Positions 20,989-32,200 of a stretch of 64,000 nt of DNA are shown here, piece after piece (within the stretch, counting starts at the first letter, position 1; each line of letters starts with the position of its first letter). The DNA is taken from the NCBI GenBank assembly GCA_947649205.1, contig CANSQM010000009.1:4757-68756 (forward strand), written 5' to 3'. The notes under the pieces were generated by a model. That model had not been told where the DNA came from and did no database searches. It saw only the letters and a program-made list of their open reading frames with translations. This DNA is from an uncultured Enterorhabdus sp. Lineage in GTDB: Bacteria > Actinomycetota > Coriobacteriia > Coriobacteriales > Eggerthellaceae. The position numbers and the translations under genes were made by a program.

Positions 20989-21567
20989 TCACCATTCAAC
21001 TGCTGCATCTTCAGGTGGAAAGCCTATAGTCAGCCTCCTTCCTTGGAGAAAGCACCGAGCCCGGTCGAGAAGGGCGCGCCTTCTCTGCGAGACAGAGAGC
21101 CCTGCAGGGCTACGGTCGGCGCTCTCTGCGGGAATATAATAGATGAAAGGCCTCATATCGGCAGGATAGCCCAGAGTCGCGTAAACATCTGCCAACGCGT
21201 CGAGGAGCTCTTCGTCAGACCCCCGCCTGTCTAGAGCGGCCTTGCACAGGACGTACTCCCATCTTTCCTCGGCCAATCCGACCGCATGAACATCGGCGAG
21301 CGTCTCTACGCGACCTATGACTTCATCACGATTAAGATCGGGCCAGCAGAGTTCTAGCAGAGCTCTCTCATCGTCTTCCCCTTGTTTTCCGTCCCCCTCC
21401 AAAGCTCGCACTGCCTCATCGGAGGCCTCCTTCTCGGCCACAAGCCCTACCTTCAACCCGAACATGACATCTACCCAGGTAGGAACTAGTCCGTACCTAT
21501 GAAACAAACCTAGAGACATATCGGCTCCCGTCCACTGTCCAGCCGCTCTTCTATCGCCGGCCCTCAT
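20989..21567 (-). CDS. DUF2247-like putative immunity protein (start uncertain, 21567-21633)
   Basis: RWEYVLC, LADVYATLGYPADMRPFIYYIP motif. Confidence 0.7.
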   Translation of the reverse strand: MRAGDRRAAGQWTGADMSLGLFHRYGLVPTWVDVMFGLKVGLVAEKEASDEAVRALEGDGKQGEDDERALLELCWPDLNRDEVIGRVETLADVHAVGLAEERWEYVLCKAALDRRGSDEELLDALADVYATLGYPADMRPFIYYIPAESADRSPAGLSVSQRRRALLDRARCFLQGRRLTIGFPPEDAAVEW

Positions 21568-21767
21568 TGTCAAACCGCACAAGGACAACCGGACAAAACA
21601 GTCTGACGTCTCATCCCACGCATAGGCAATCATCCTCTTGGACTCCCCTCCCAGCCATGTTTCTCAAGAATCTGATGTCCGTCACGGCCATGCCTTCCCC
21701 CATCTCGGTTGCTTGTACAGCGGCATCTCCTGGCCGGTGCGCGGGCCGCCGCGGGTGCCCTCGGCGG

Positions 21768-22670
21768 CTACCCGCAGTCCCAATAGTACATGACCCGCGA
21801 GAAGTCGAGGCGGCGCAGGTCGTCGCCGTTGATGAGGAACACTCCCACACCGCCATCGCCCCACTCGACCCAGGGGCGCACGCCGTCGTCGACGATGCTC
21901 GAATCCAGCTGGAACAGAACCGTGTCATAGCGGCGCAGACCCTCGCAGTCCGGCCACAGGCGCGGGTCGCACTGCTCGAAGCTCGGCCACCCGCCCACCT
22001 GACTGCGCGAGCCGCGGGGAGGGCACACGGCCGCGACCTCGTCGACCCACAGCTCCCCGGGACAGCCCTCCGCTTCCAGGAACGCCGGCAGGCCGCATCC
22101 GTCGTCCGCTAACCGCAGCGGGGCCTGGGGGTGCACGCGGCTCCAGGCGCGGACAAGCAGCGGCTCAAACCTCCATTCGCAGGCCGTCATGGGCCGCAGC
22201 TCAACAGCGGGCCCAAACCGGAGGGCCCAGGACCCGGGCGGGTAGAAGGGCAGCCGGTCGCTAGTACCCGGGGGAGGATCGACAGCGGCGAGCGGCGCGG
22301 CGTCCCAGTAGAGGACGCGGAACCCGTCCTGCACGTCGTAGCCCGACGCGCCCACGCCCCAGCCGGGGCCGGCTCCCAGGACGAAAAACTGGAGCAGGCC
22401 CGTGTGCGGGAAGCCCGGCAACGGGGCCAGATCGGCGCATTTCACCTGCGCTAGGAGCGACAGCGGCCGTCCCCGGGAGTCGCGCGGCCACTGTTCTCCG
22501 GGCGGCATCAGCGGAAGGCCGCCGAGCCGGCTGCAGAGCCGGTCGGGAGGAGCCGTCCCCCCGATCTCGAACGACAGGGCGGCCCTTCGGTGGGCCCAGC
22601 CCACTTCAAGGATGGCCTCCTCTATCTCCCGAGTCGCAGATCCCTCCGCCCCCGGCCCAAAGCCGCTCAT
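21768..22670 (-). CDS. YwqG/DUF1963-family protein (immunity-associated)
   Basis: SRLGGLP..P..WP..PLSLLAQV, GLLQFF, VGGWPSFEQ.DPR, LFQLDS, WGDGGVG.FLI..DLRRLDFSRV.YYWDC; ATGA overlap with the upstream stop at 22670. Confidence 0.85.
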   Translation of the reverse strand: MSGFGPGAEGSATREIEEAILEVGWAHRRAALSFEIGGTAPPDRLCSRLGGLPLMPPGEQWPRDSRGRPLSLLAQVKCADLAPLPGFPHTGLLQFFVLGAGPGWGVGASGYDVQDGFRVLYWDAAPLAAVDPPPGTSDRLPFYPPGSWALRFGPAVELRPMTACEWRFEPLLVRAWSRVHPQAPLRLADDGCGLPAFLEAEGCPGELWVDEVAAVCPPRGSRSQVGGWPSFEQCDPRLWPDCEGLRRYDTVLFQLDSSIVDDGVRPWVEWGDGGVGVFLINGDDLRRLDFSRVMYYWDCG

Positions 22671-23245
22671 ACGCATACCGTCCGGAAGACGATGCTGCCC
22701 TGGGGCAGCTCGCTGTCCCACACGAGCTTGAACTTCAGCCCCGTCAGGCCGCACTCCTCGACACGCCGCTTGAAGGCCTCCGTACAGAAGGGGCTGTACA
22801 CCATCTCCTCGGGAATGCCGAAGAGGGCCAGGGTGGCAATGGTCTCCCGATGAAGCTGGTACTCCAGAAAGCCCCTCACCTCCCCGGACGTCGTCCGTTG
22901 TACCACCGACCTCCCGTGGTCTACGCACCCTTCCGTCGACATCACGTGCAGGAGCCACAAAGGCTCTCCCTCCAAGTCTGCCGCCAGCAATTCGACGTTG
23001 TCGCCCATGAGATCCTCTAGGCACCTTTTAGCGCGATCGGACACAACCAGAGAGCGACCCGTGAACCACGGGGAATCGAAGTGCAAGGGGGCATGAGTGC
23101 CGTCCACCCCCTCCAACTCCAGTTGCGCCCACCCGCTTCTGCGCGGCGTATCATCGAGAACGTCGACAACAAACGGGAAGTTCCCTCCCTTCACCCGAAC
23201 CCAATCGTTGTTCTCCTCCGAATGGCCCACTTTCCACACCTTCAT
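22667..23245 (-). CDS. DUF1629/Imm11-like immunity protein, cognate to the AHH toxin
   Basis: First gene after the Rhs stop, TAAGGAG RBS; VVSDRAKRCLE, FCTEAFKRRVEECGLTGLKF. Confidence 0.8.
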   Translation of the reverse strand: MKVWKVGHSEENNDWVRVKGGNFPFVVDVLDDTPRRSGWAQLELEGVDGTHAPLHFDSPWFTGRSLVVSDRAKRCLEDLMGDNVELLAADLEGEPLWLLHVMSTEGCVDHGRSVVQRTTSGEVRGFLEYQLHRETIATLALFGIPEEMVYSPFCTEAFKRRVEECGLTGLKFKLVWDSELPQGSIVFRTVCV

Positions 23246-23257
23246 AAGTAACACTCC

Positions 23258-26200
23258 TTAATAATCGAAAGTACCCGCTACAAGCTCTCCGCGTATCTTG
23301 GCGAGCTCTTCAAGAACTTCTTTCTTCGAACCCGATGCCTTTAATATGCGCGTATTGACCTCCTTATAATACTCATTGGTATGCAGACCTGGGTGATAGG
23401 CACTGTCTGGAACGATCTCTTTTTTCGTCGGAAGATAGACCCCATTCGCTGGATCGTTAATATCGATACCCCATTTTTCAAGGACCCGTCGCGCTTCATC
23501 AGCCTTTGCTGCACCTCCCGCGATAATATGATGCGCTGCATAATCCGAACTAGGGCGAGTTACGCCCGCTTCCTTCATATTGTGCGCAAGCACTTTCGAG
23601 CTAGCCGGCCTCCCAAGCTTCAATGCTGCTGCGGATTCCTTAGATGCATCCGACGCGGCTTTTGCGATACTCTTTGCGACCTTTCCGCCCTTGAGAAGGT
23701 CACCCCCATAGGGGATGATCGCAGCAATGGCAGAAATCGCCATGTTCGTATAATCTTTTTCCCGCCAATAGGCTATCGCGTTGACGCCGTCAGACAGAGG
23801 TGTAGGGTCGAACGTCCCGATAATGTCGAGGGTAGTGTGGGTATCGGAGTTGTGATTCTTCTGCTTCGGCGCGTTGTAGTAGGGCAGCGTGGAGCACATG
23901 AGGCGCTTAATGCGGGCAGCCTCGCGCTCGGCGTAGATCTGCGCCGAACTCTTCCTCTTTTTCGATGGGGAGAATATCTTCTTGGTCGTCCTGCCGACCG
24001 ATCGGGCTGCCTGAGAGACGCTCCACGCCTTCTCAATGACACTCGATCCACTCGTGCGTATTATCGTGTTTGACTGGAACGGGGCTTTCGGTTTGCCTCC
24101 GGATGCGAGTCGCCTGTCCATGCTCCTGTTGGTAGTAAGAAGCCCAGAGGTCTTCGTTTTCAGGGCCTTCGAGGTGTAACTCCGCTGCATCCAGGTTCCC
24201 TTGCCGCCCGAGAGCACCCGGTTACGACTGTAGGAGTTCTTGCGGACCTGCTTAGCGGTCTTGCCTCTCGTCGAACGCGACTCGTGACCCGTGGGGTCGG
24301 CCGAGGCCACGGGGTTGCCCTCGGCGTAGGCGTAGCGGTTCAGGGTGGCGGGGTCGGCAGCGTCCCCCAGGTAGGTGTCCCGGCTCCCGAAGGTGCCGGC
24401 ACCCGGGTCGTACCAGCGGGCGCGCAGGTACTGCAGGCCGGCGGCGCCCGTGGCCTCCTCGCCGTTGTAGCCGTAGTGGGGCAGCTCGGACTGGTAGCCG
24501 ATGCCGCCCAGGGCCGGACCCCCGAACTCGCCGGTATCGGCGGCTGCCTCGCCCCAGGGGGCGTAGGCGTAGCTGGCCGCGATGCGGCCGTCGCCGGCCA
24601 TTACGGCGCTCACGCTGCCAAAGCCATCCTCCAAGTACGTATCGGCCACGGGCACGGCCTCAGTGCCGCCCACAGTGGATAGGCGCCCCAAGCCGTAAGT
24701 GTCGTTCAGGGCGCCCGATACACTGGATTCGCGGGCCAGAGGCTGGGCCACATCGTCGATGACCGTGGAGTTCACATAGGCCACCAGCTCCCAGCGCTCC
24801 TGCACATAGGGCGTGTAGGTGGGTATGGTGCCGTAGCGTACTTGCACGCTGTCGCCCAACGGCTTCAAGACAGCAGGCTCTTGAGCCGCTGGCACCAAAT
24901 CATTGCCGCGCAGCGGCAATGCCCGAGGGGCAGCAAGGGGCACACCTGCCGATGAGAGGATGGTCTGGCGCTCTTCGGACGAGAGCGTGGCCGCTGCCAG
25001 CAGGGCCGCATCAGTCCCCGGCAGCGGTATCCCGAACGGCTGGGCGCCATGGGTGGCCAAAGGATCCAGCAAGCCGTCCAACAACGCAACCAGAGCCGTT
25101 GCAGCCGGGCACGCCGGCACGAGGGCCGATGCGGCACCTACCGCTGCGCCATAGACCGCCCAGCGCAGAGCCGGATCGGAACCCGGGGCCTCCCGCTTGG
25201 CGGACGCGGCCCTCCACGAGGCCACGGGAGCCTCGATGGGGCGGCGCTCCCAGGTGCCAGTGGTGGCGAGGCGGCCGAACTCTGCCGCTGTCCACCGGGG
25301 TGCCACGCGGGTAGGAGCGCCCCACCAGGCAGGGTCTTCGGGCTCAGGCAGGGGCTGTCCCGGTGTAACTTCCTTGGGCTCCAGCTCCGTGAAGGGCATC
25401 GTGCCCACGGCCAGCTCGTCGGTATGGTACAAGGTGGCCTGGAACACACGGTTGCCATCGCCATCGTACGTGGCAGCCATGAGCACGCGGCCGCCCTGGC
25501 GCACAGCGGCCAGCCGGTTCTCGGCGGTATAGGCGTACTCCACAGGGTCTTCGCCGGCGGCATCCTTGCGCACCAAGTTGCCGGCCTTATCGTACTCGTA
25601 GGTCGTGCGCCCCTCCGGCCCCACCGATTCCACGAGACGGTCATCGTCGTCGTAGATGAGCTTCGTAAGCGCGGTAGAGCCCGAGACCACGTCGGTGCGC
25701 TCGATAGCCGTGCGGTTGCCGGCGGCATCCCACTGGTATTCCTCCCGGATGTGGGTCTCCCCCGAGCCGTCATCGGTCTTCTCCTCGAAGGCAATCAGGC
25801 GGTCGTCGTCATCATAGGCATAAATGCGCGCGCTTTGAATGACGACCCCATCGGGGTTCGTGAGGACCGCCTCCTCGGCAATGGGATTGCCCTCGCCGTC
25901 CCACTTATAGGCGAACGACGAGACGGAGTCGCCATCGGCCCCGGCGTTTTCCAGCTTTGCCAGCTGGCCTTCACCGTCGTACTCGTAGGTGGTGACCGAC
26001 CCATCGGGCCGCATCAAGCGCACGGGGCGGTTCTCTTCATCGTACTCGTAGGTGTAGTCACCCTCGGCCGTTCGCACCTGGATGAGATTGCCTACCGCGT
26101 CGTAGGCATAGGCCACCACCGAGCCATCGGGATAGGTAACCGAATCCAGCTCACCCAAGCTGTTGTAGGTGTACTGGATGCGGCGTCCCTGGCCGTCCGC

Positions 26201-29200
26201 CTCGGCAATGACGCGGCCCACTTCGTCGTACTCGTAAGCCGCCTCTCCCATCGCATCGGCACGAGCGGTCACCAGGCCGTTGGCATCGTAAGCGTACAGC
26301 ACCGACTGGGCATCCCCCTGGGAATAGCCCTTTTCCACCAGATTGCCCAGCTCGTCCCAGTCGTAGGTGGTGGCGTTGCCAGCGGCATCCACCACGGCCG
26401 TCACACGGCCGGCCGGATCGCGCACGAATTCTTCCAGAGCGCCAGAGGGAGACTCCACCGAGGTAAGACCGCCCTCGGCATCGTAGCCGTAGCGGGTGAT
26501 GCGGCCCATGGCATCGGTTACCTGGGCCAAGTTCCCGTCCAGGTCGTACTCGTAGGAGGTCACGGCACCCTCGGGGCTCGTCACTTTCGTCAGCTGCCCG
26601 GCATCGTCCCACTCGTAGGCCGCGCTATGGCCGTTGCGATCGGTGGCCCGAACCACACGATTGGCGTCGTCGTAGTCCCACGATGACACCCGGCCAAGGG
26701 AATCGGTGACTGCCGACAGGTTGCCGACCTTATCCCACCTATAGGTTGTGACCGCGCCCATGGGAGAAGTCTGCCGCGCGAGGCGGCCGTCGCCATCCCA
26801 TTCGTAGGCAGTTATGTTGCCACGAGCATCGGCCTGGCTGGTCAGATTGCCCGCCGCGTCGTAGGAGAACACCAGGCCCTCGATATCGGTGCCTCCCTGG
26901 GCAACGAGGTTGCCGCGAGCGTCCCAGGCCCACCGCGCCGATTCCCCTTCACCGTTGCGCTGGGATACGAGGCGGTCCAGCCCATCGTAGGCATACTCGG
27001 TACGCACGCCGGCAGCATCGGTTTCGGCGGCCAAGTTGCCGGCATCATCCCATTCCCACGAACGCTTATGACCCGCCGCGTCCTCTTGACCCGTCAGACG
27101 CCCCAGAAGATCGTAGCTGTAGGTGACGCGAGCGCCCAGGTTGTCGCGATCGACAGCAGCGTTGCCTGCTTCATCGTACTCCAGTTCGCGCACGTAACCC
27201 CGCGGCGTGGTTATGCGGGTCAGGCGGTCGAGCTCATCCCAGCCGTATTCCCAGCGACCGCCGCCCGGGGCGGTGCGCGAGAGCACGTTGCCGCGGGCAT
27301 CGTACTCATAGGCCGTCGTGCGCCCCAGCGGATCGGTCTCAGCCGTCAGATTGCCGACCGCATCGTGACGGTACGAGGTTGCCGCGCCCGCGGTGTCGGT
27401 ATGAGTTGTCAGGTTGCCGAGAGCGTCCCAGGCCCATTGCTCCTCGCGGCCCAGAGCGTCGGTGTGCGACATGAGGCGCCCCTCGCCGTCATAAGCCCAC
27501 TGGTCGCGAGAGCCCTCGGGGCTCGTTGCGGCCGTCAGGTTGCCGTTAGCGTCCCAGACAAAAACCGCGCTGTTCCCCAAAGGATCGGTGGAGCGAACCA
27601 GGTTTCCCAAGGCATCGTAACCATAGGTCGTGGCGTTGCCCTCCTCGTCCACGGCCTCGGTAGTATTACCGACAGCGTCGTAGGCCCATCGCCGCACCGC
27701 GCCCATGGCATCGGTGGCCGCAGTGATATTGCCGGCGGCATCGTACTCGTAGCTCGTGACCGCCCCATCCGCCTCTCGCGTCTCGGAAAGCAGATTGTTG
27801 CGAGCATCCCAGCCATAGGAGATAGCGTGCCCCAGCCCATCGATCTCGCGGGAAAGATTGCCGGCAGCGTCGTACTCGTAGGTCGTTACGGAACCATCGA
27901 AGTCGCTCGCCCGCACTTCGCGGCCCCAGGCATCGTACTCCAGCGACGCGGTGCGGCCCAGAGAATCAGTCGCACTCGTCAGGTTGCCGGCACCGTCGTA
28001 CTCGTAAACCTCCGCACTGCCGGCGCTATCGGAGACAGCTGTCAGGTTGTCTCGCACGTCCCATTCATAGGTGGCCTCCACGCCGGCAGCATCCACTGTG
28101 CGCACGAGCCGACCCAATTTGTCATACTCGCTGGTCTCGCGGGCCCCATCGGGCCGGACACGGGCAGTCACGCGTCCCGCTGTATCGTGCTCGTAGGCTG
28201 TGACGTTTCCCAGGGTGTCGGTGGCGCTCACAAGATTGCCCACCGCATCGTAGGCGGCCGTGCGCCGGTGGCCCAAGGCGTCAGTCACTGCCACGACATT
28301 GCCCGCCTCGTCGTATTCGCAGCGCACCGTGTTGCCCGCTGCGTCCGTGACCGCCGTCACGGCTCCGAAGGCATCGTACTCGTAGCTCGTTTCATGGCCG
28401 AGGGCATCGCACTCGCGCACCACGTTGCCAGCGCCGTCGTAGGCGAAGCGCGTAACCGCTCCCAGAGCATCAGTCTCACTGAGAGTGCGACCCTCGCCAT
28501 CATGGGTCCAGGAGGCAATGGCACCCTGACCGTCGGAAAGGCTCGTCAGGTTTCCCGCCCCATCCCACGTAAACGAGAAAGCGCGACCGGCGGGATCGGT
28601 GGCGCCTTCCATGGCGCCGGAGCCATCGTAGGCGAACGACCAGGTGCGCCCCGCTTCGTCGATAGAACTCACGCGCCCGGCAGCCGTGTATGCGTAGGAT
28701 GTCGTTGTCCCACGCCCGTCAGCGACCGATGCGCGGCGCCCACCCGGCTCCCAGGTAATTCGCTCGCTCACACCCAGGGCATCTTCGGTTTCCGTCAGAT
28801 GACCAGCAGCATCATAGCGATAGGTTGTGACATTCCCCAGCGGATCCGTATAGCTGGTCGGCACACCGTAGGTGTCGTCGTAGGCGGCCTCCTCTACAAC
28901 GCCATCGGGGCTTTCCACGCGAATGACGTTATCCCGCTCGTCATAGGCATAACGGGTCGTGTGCCCCAGAGCGTCCGTTTCGGACACCATGCGGTCGCGA
29001 GCGTCATAAGCGTAGGTGGCAACCGCTCCGCCGGGTTCGACCTGACGTACCAAGTTTCCCGCCTTGTCGTAGCCGTAGCGGGTGACACCGCCAGCTGGGT
29101 CGGTCATGGTGGCTATTCGGTAGGCGCCGTCGTAGGTGAAGGAAGTGGTGTAACCACGCTCGTCGGTGATGGCCTTTACGAGCCCTAACCCGTCCAGTCG

Positions 29201-32200
29201 GTAGGAGCGGCTTCCCCCTGCACCATCCCGTTCGCCGACGAGATGACCGGCCGCATCGTAGGCCCACGTGCGTCCGTGCCCCGCCGGGTCGGTCTCGGAC
29301 ACCTTGCGCCCCATGGCATCGTAAGCGTATCGGGTGGTGCCCGCAGCCGTTTCCACGCGCATGAGCTTCGCACCGGTCCAGGCGTAGGTTTCGCGCACGC
29401 CATCGGCATCGGTCTTGGAGGTGCAGCGATTCGCAAAGTCGTAGGTGTAGGCGGTCGTGCCCGTGGCCGGCGAGGTTTCCGAGAGCAAGTTGCCCGCGCC
29501 GTCATAGGTATAGCGGGTGGTGGCACCGTCGGGGTCAGTGCGGCTCGTCACATGGTTCTTGCCGTCATAGGTGTAGCGGGTGACGTGCCCATCGGGACTA
29601 GTGGATTGCACCAAGTTGCCGGCGGCATCGTAAGCGTAGGTACCATTCTCGTCCGAGATGAGTGTGTTATTCGCCCCATAGACGCGCGCGACCTTCCGCC
29701 CGTCGGGATACTCGATGGACGTCGTGCGTCCTCGGTCGTCATAGCGATGCACCGTCGTGCGCCCGGCCGCATCGGTGGCTCGGGTGTAGCCAGACCCATA
29801 GGAAAGCGTGTTCACATTACCAGCCAAATCCACCTGGCGTGTCACGCGATTGGCCCCGTCGTAGGTGTTGGCTACCACGCGCCGGCCATTCTGGTCGTAC
29901 CAGGCGGTCATGCGCCCAGCGCCGTCGTACTCGTAGCGCACCGCCCGACCGCCGGCATCGGTGAAGCTCGTTAGATTCCCGCCGGCATCGTAGCCGTAGG
30001 CCAAGCGCGCACCGCCGGGAAGACTCACGGCGGTAATGAGCCCCTGAGCGTTGCAGGTCACAGCGTAGGAGGTGCCCGTGCGATCGGCGAGAGAGGCGAT
30101 ATGACCGTTGGCGTCGCGCCCGATCCGCGTGATGGAGCCGCCCGCGTCCTGTATCTCGGTGAGACGACCCCACTTATCGAAGCGGCGCACCGTTCCGTCG
30201 TCATCGACGATCTCCCAGCGGTAGCGCGTGGCCGAGCCTTCTTTGTAGGCGATCTTCTTCAGGGCCAACCCCGCTTCGCCGTGCCTCTTGAAGCCGCCCT
30301 TGCCGTCGGGGTCGAACCAGTATGTCTTGCCATCGCCCACTGAGTACACCGCCGCGCCGTTTTCCTGCAGGCCCAAGCTCTCATCCCAAGCGAAGCTCCA
30401 GTTGCGGCCGAAAGACGAGAGGTACCCGTCGCCCTGGGCGTTGTAGGTGCGCGTGAGGGCAAAGTCGCCGCCGAGGCCCGGCACCGAAGCGTCGGTGGCC
30501 TCCAGGATGAAATTGCCCGTATTCAGGTTGATGGGCTCGAAGCCGTATTCGCAATGCCTGCCGCGGCCCATGAGCGCCGAATCGATGCGCTTCTTCTGGC
30601 TGTCAGTCAGCTGCTTGGGGTTATAGGCCTTAGTGGTCTTCGGATTGCGCACGAATATAGTGTTGCCGCCCACGATGAGTGTGTCCTGCACACGATTGTC
30701 CTGGGCCAATGTGTTCAGGCTGACCCCGTAATGAGACGCAATGGAAGGGAGGGTATCTTTGGCCGTGGCCTTGTACACGAGGAAGCTGTCCGATTCCACC
30801 AGTTTGCCCGAGCTGCCGTTGGCCGCGGCCCGCGCCCGCACCTTGTAGCTGGTGTTGAACGCGAAGCCGCCGAACAACTTGCTCTGCCAGTTCGACAGCT
30901 TGTCGCGGTACTTGGTACCGCTGGGTACCTGCTTCTCCCACTCCGTGCTGTCGGGGTACTTGTAGCTGCGGCTGGCATAGGCCACCCCGGCGTCGTTTTT
31001 ACCCACCAGCTCGTAGGCCACCATGGAACGGGGCTGGGCCACGCCGTCCGCGAAGACGCCGTCTAGCTGTAGCTTGCCCGCGAAATCCGCCTCGGTCACC
31101 GTGCGCAGATTGATGGTCGTGGCGTTCAGAGACAGCGATTCGCTCACCGGGTCGGGCACCGCCCAGTCAATTTCCAAGGATGGAGGGTTGTCGGCGTTCT
31201 TGTTGTCCAAAAGCTCGCACTGCATGTTGCGCTCATCGGTGGCCTTGATGCACAGGCCGTTCTGGCCCCAGGTGCCCTGCACCCAGTTGTTGACGGGCTC
31301 GCGCACATCCCATGCCAGATAGCCCTTGGAGGTGCGGGCGTTTTGCGAGGTGACGAACTCGTGACCCATGGATTTCTGGCTATTCCAGGTAATAGAGTCG
31401 AAGTCCCAGGACGACTTGTTGCGGTAGAGGCCAAGCTCTGTCTTGCCGTTGGAGAAAGCCGTACGCTGATGCAGCCACAGCTTGGCCGAATCGATGCGAG
31501 CCTCGTCCATGATGTTGCCGAAGTCGTACTGGATGGCCAGGTACACCCGGCACATTCCAAGACCGTAGCCGCCGCGGAATTCCGCTGTACCCGTCTTGTC
31601 GCCGTCGTCGTAGCCGGCATATTGGAAGTCGTTCTCGCCGACGTAGGTATCGGGCGCCAGCTGCTCTACCGCCGTCACGCGCATGGCGCTCTTGGCAATG
31701 TCGATGGTAGGATCGATGCGCACCGGGTAGGCGCGTTCGGGAGCCGAAAGCCACTCCCAATTCGCCTCCACCCGCGCCACGGGCGTACCGTCCTCAGCAG
31801 TGCCGAGGGCCATGGAGACCGAATTGTCCACCGCCTCAGCAGCGTCTATGGCTATGGGTGCCGACAGCGTGATGATCTCGCGCGGGTCCTGGGCCGTGGC
31901 CGCCAGGGCCGGATCGGCGCTCTCTCCATCGCTCGGATCGGGCGCCGCTCCTTTCTCGCGTACGATGACGATGCCCCGTTCATGCACCACCTCCAGATCA
32001 TCGTCCACGATGATCTTCATGGCCGGCGCGAAGGCCTCCACGGGGCGCGTGAGGATGACGTCCTCCTTAACCACGCCGCCGAGGAGCGTGTATTGGTAGT
32101 CCACGCCAGGACGCACCTCGGTGTAGCGAATGGCATTACCCTCGGCGGCCGAATGGGTGAAGTCTCCCTCTTCAGGGACGAGCTCGATGCGATGGCCATC

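Noticed and set aside
21570-21700. ILEKHG...LP fragment resembling an AHH toxin upstream of the DUF2247-like gene
   Set aside because: Too short and interrupted; could be chance.
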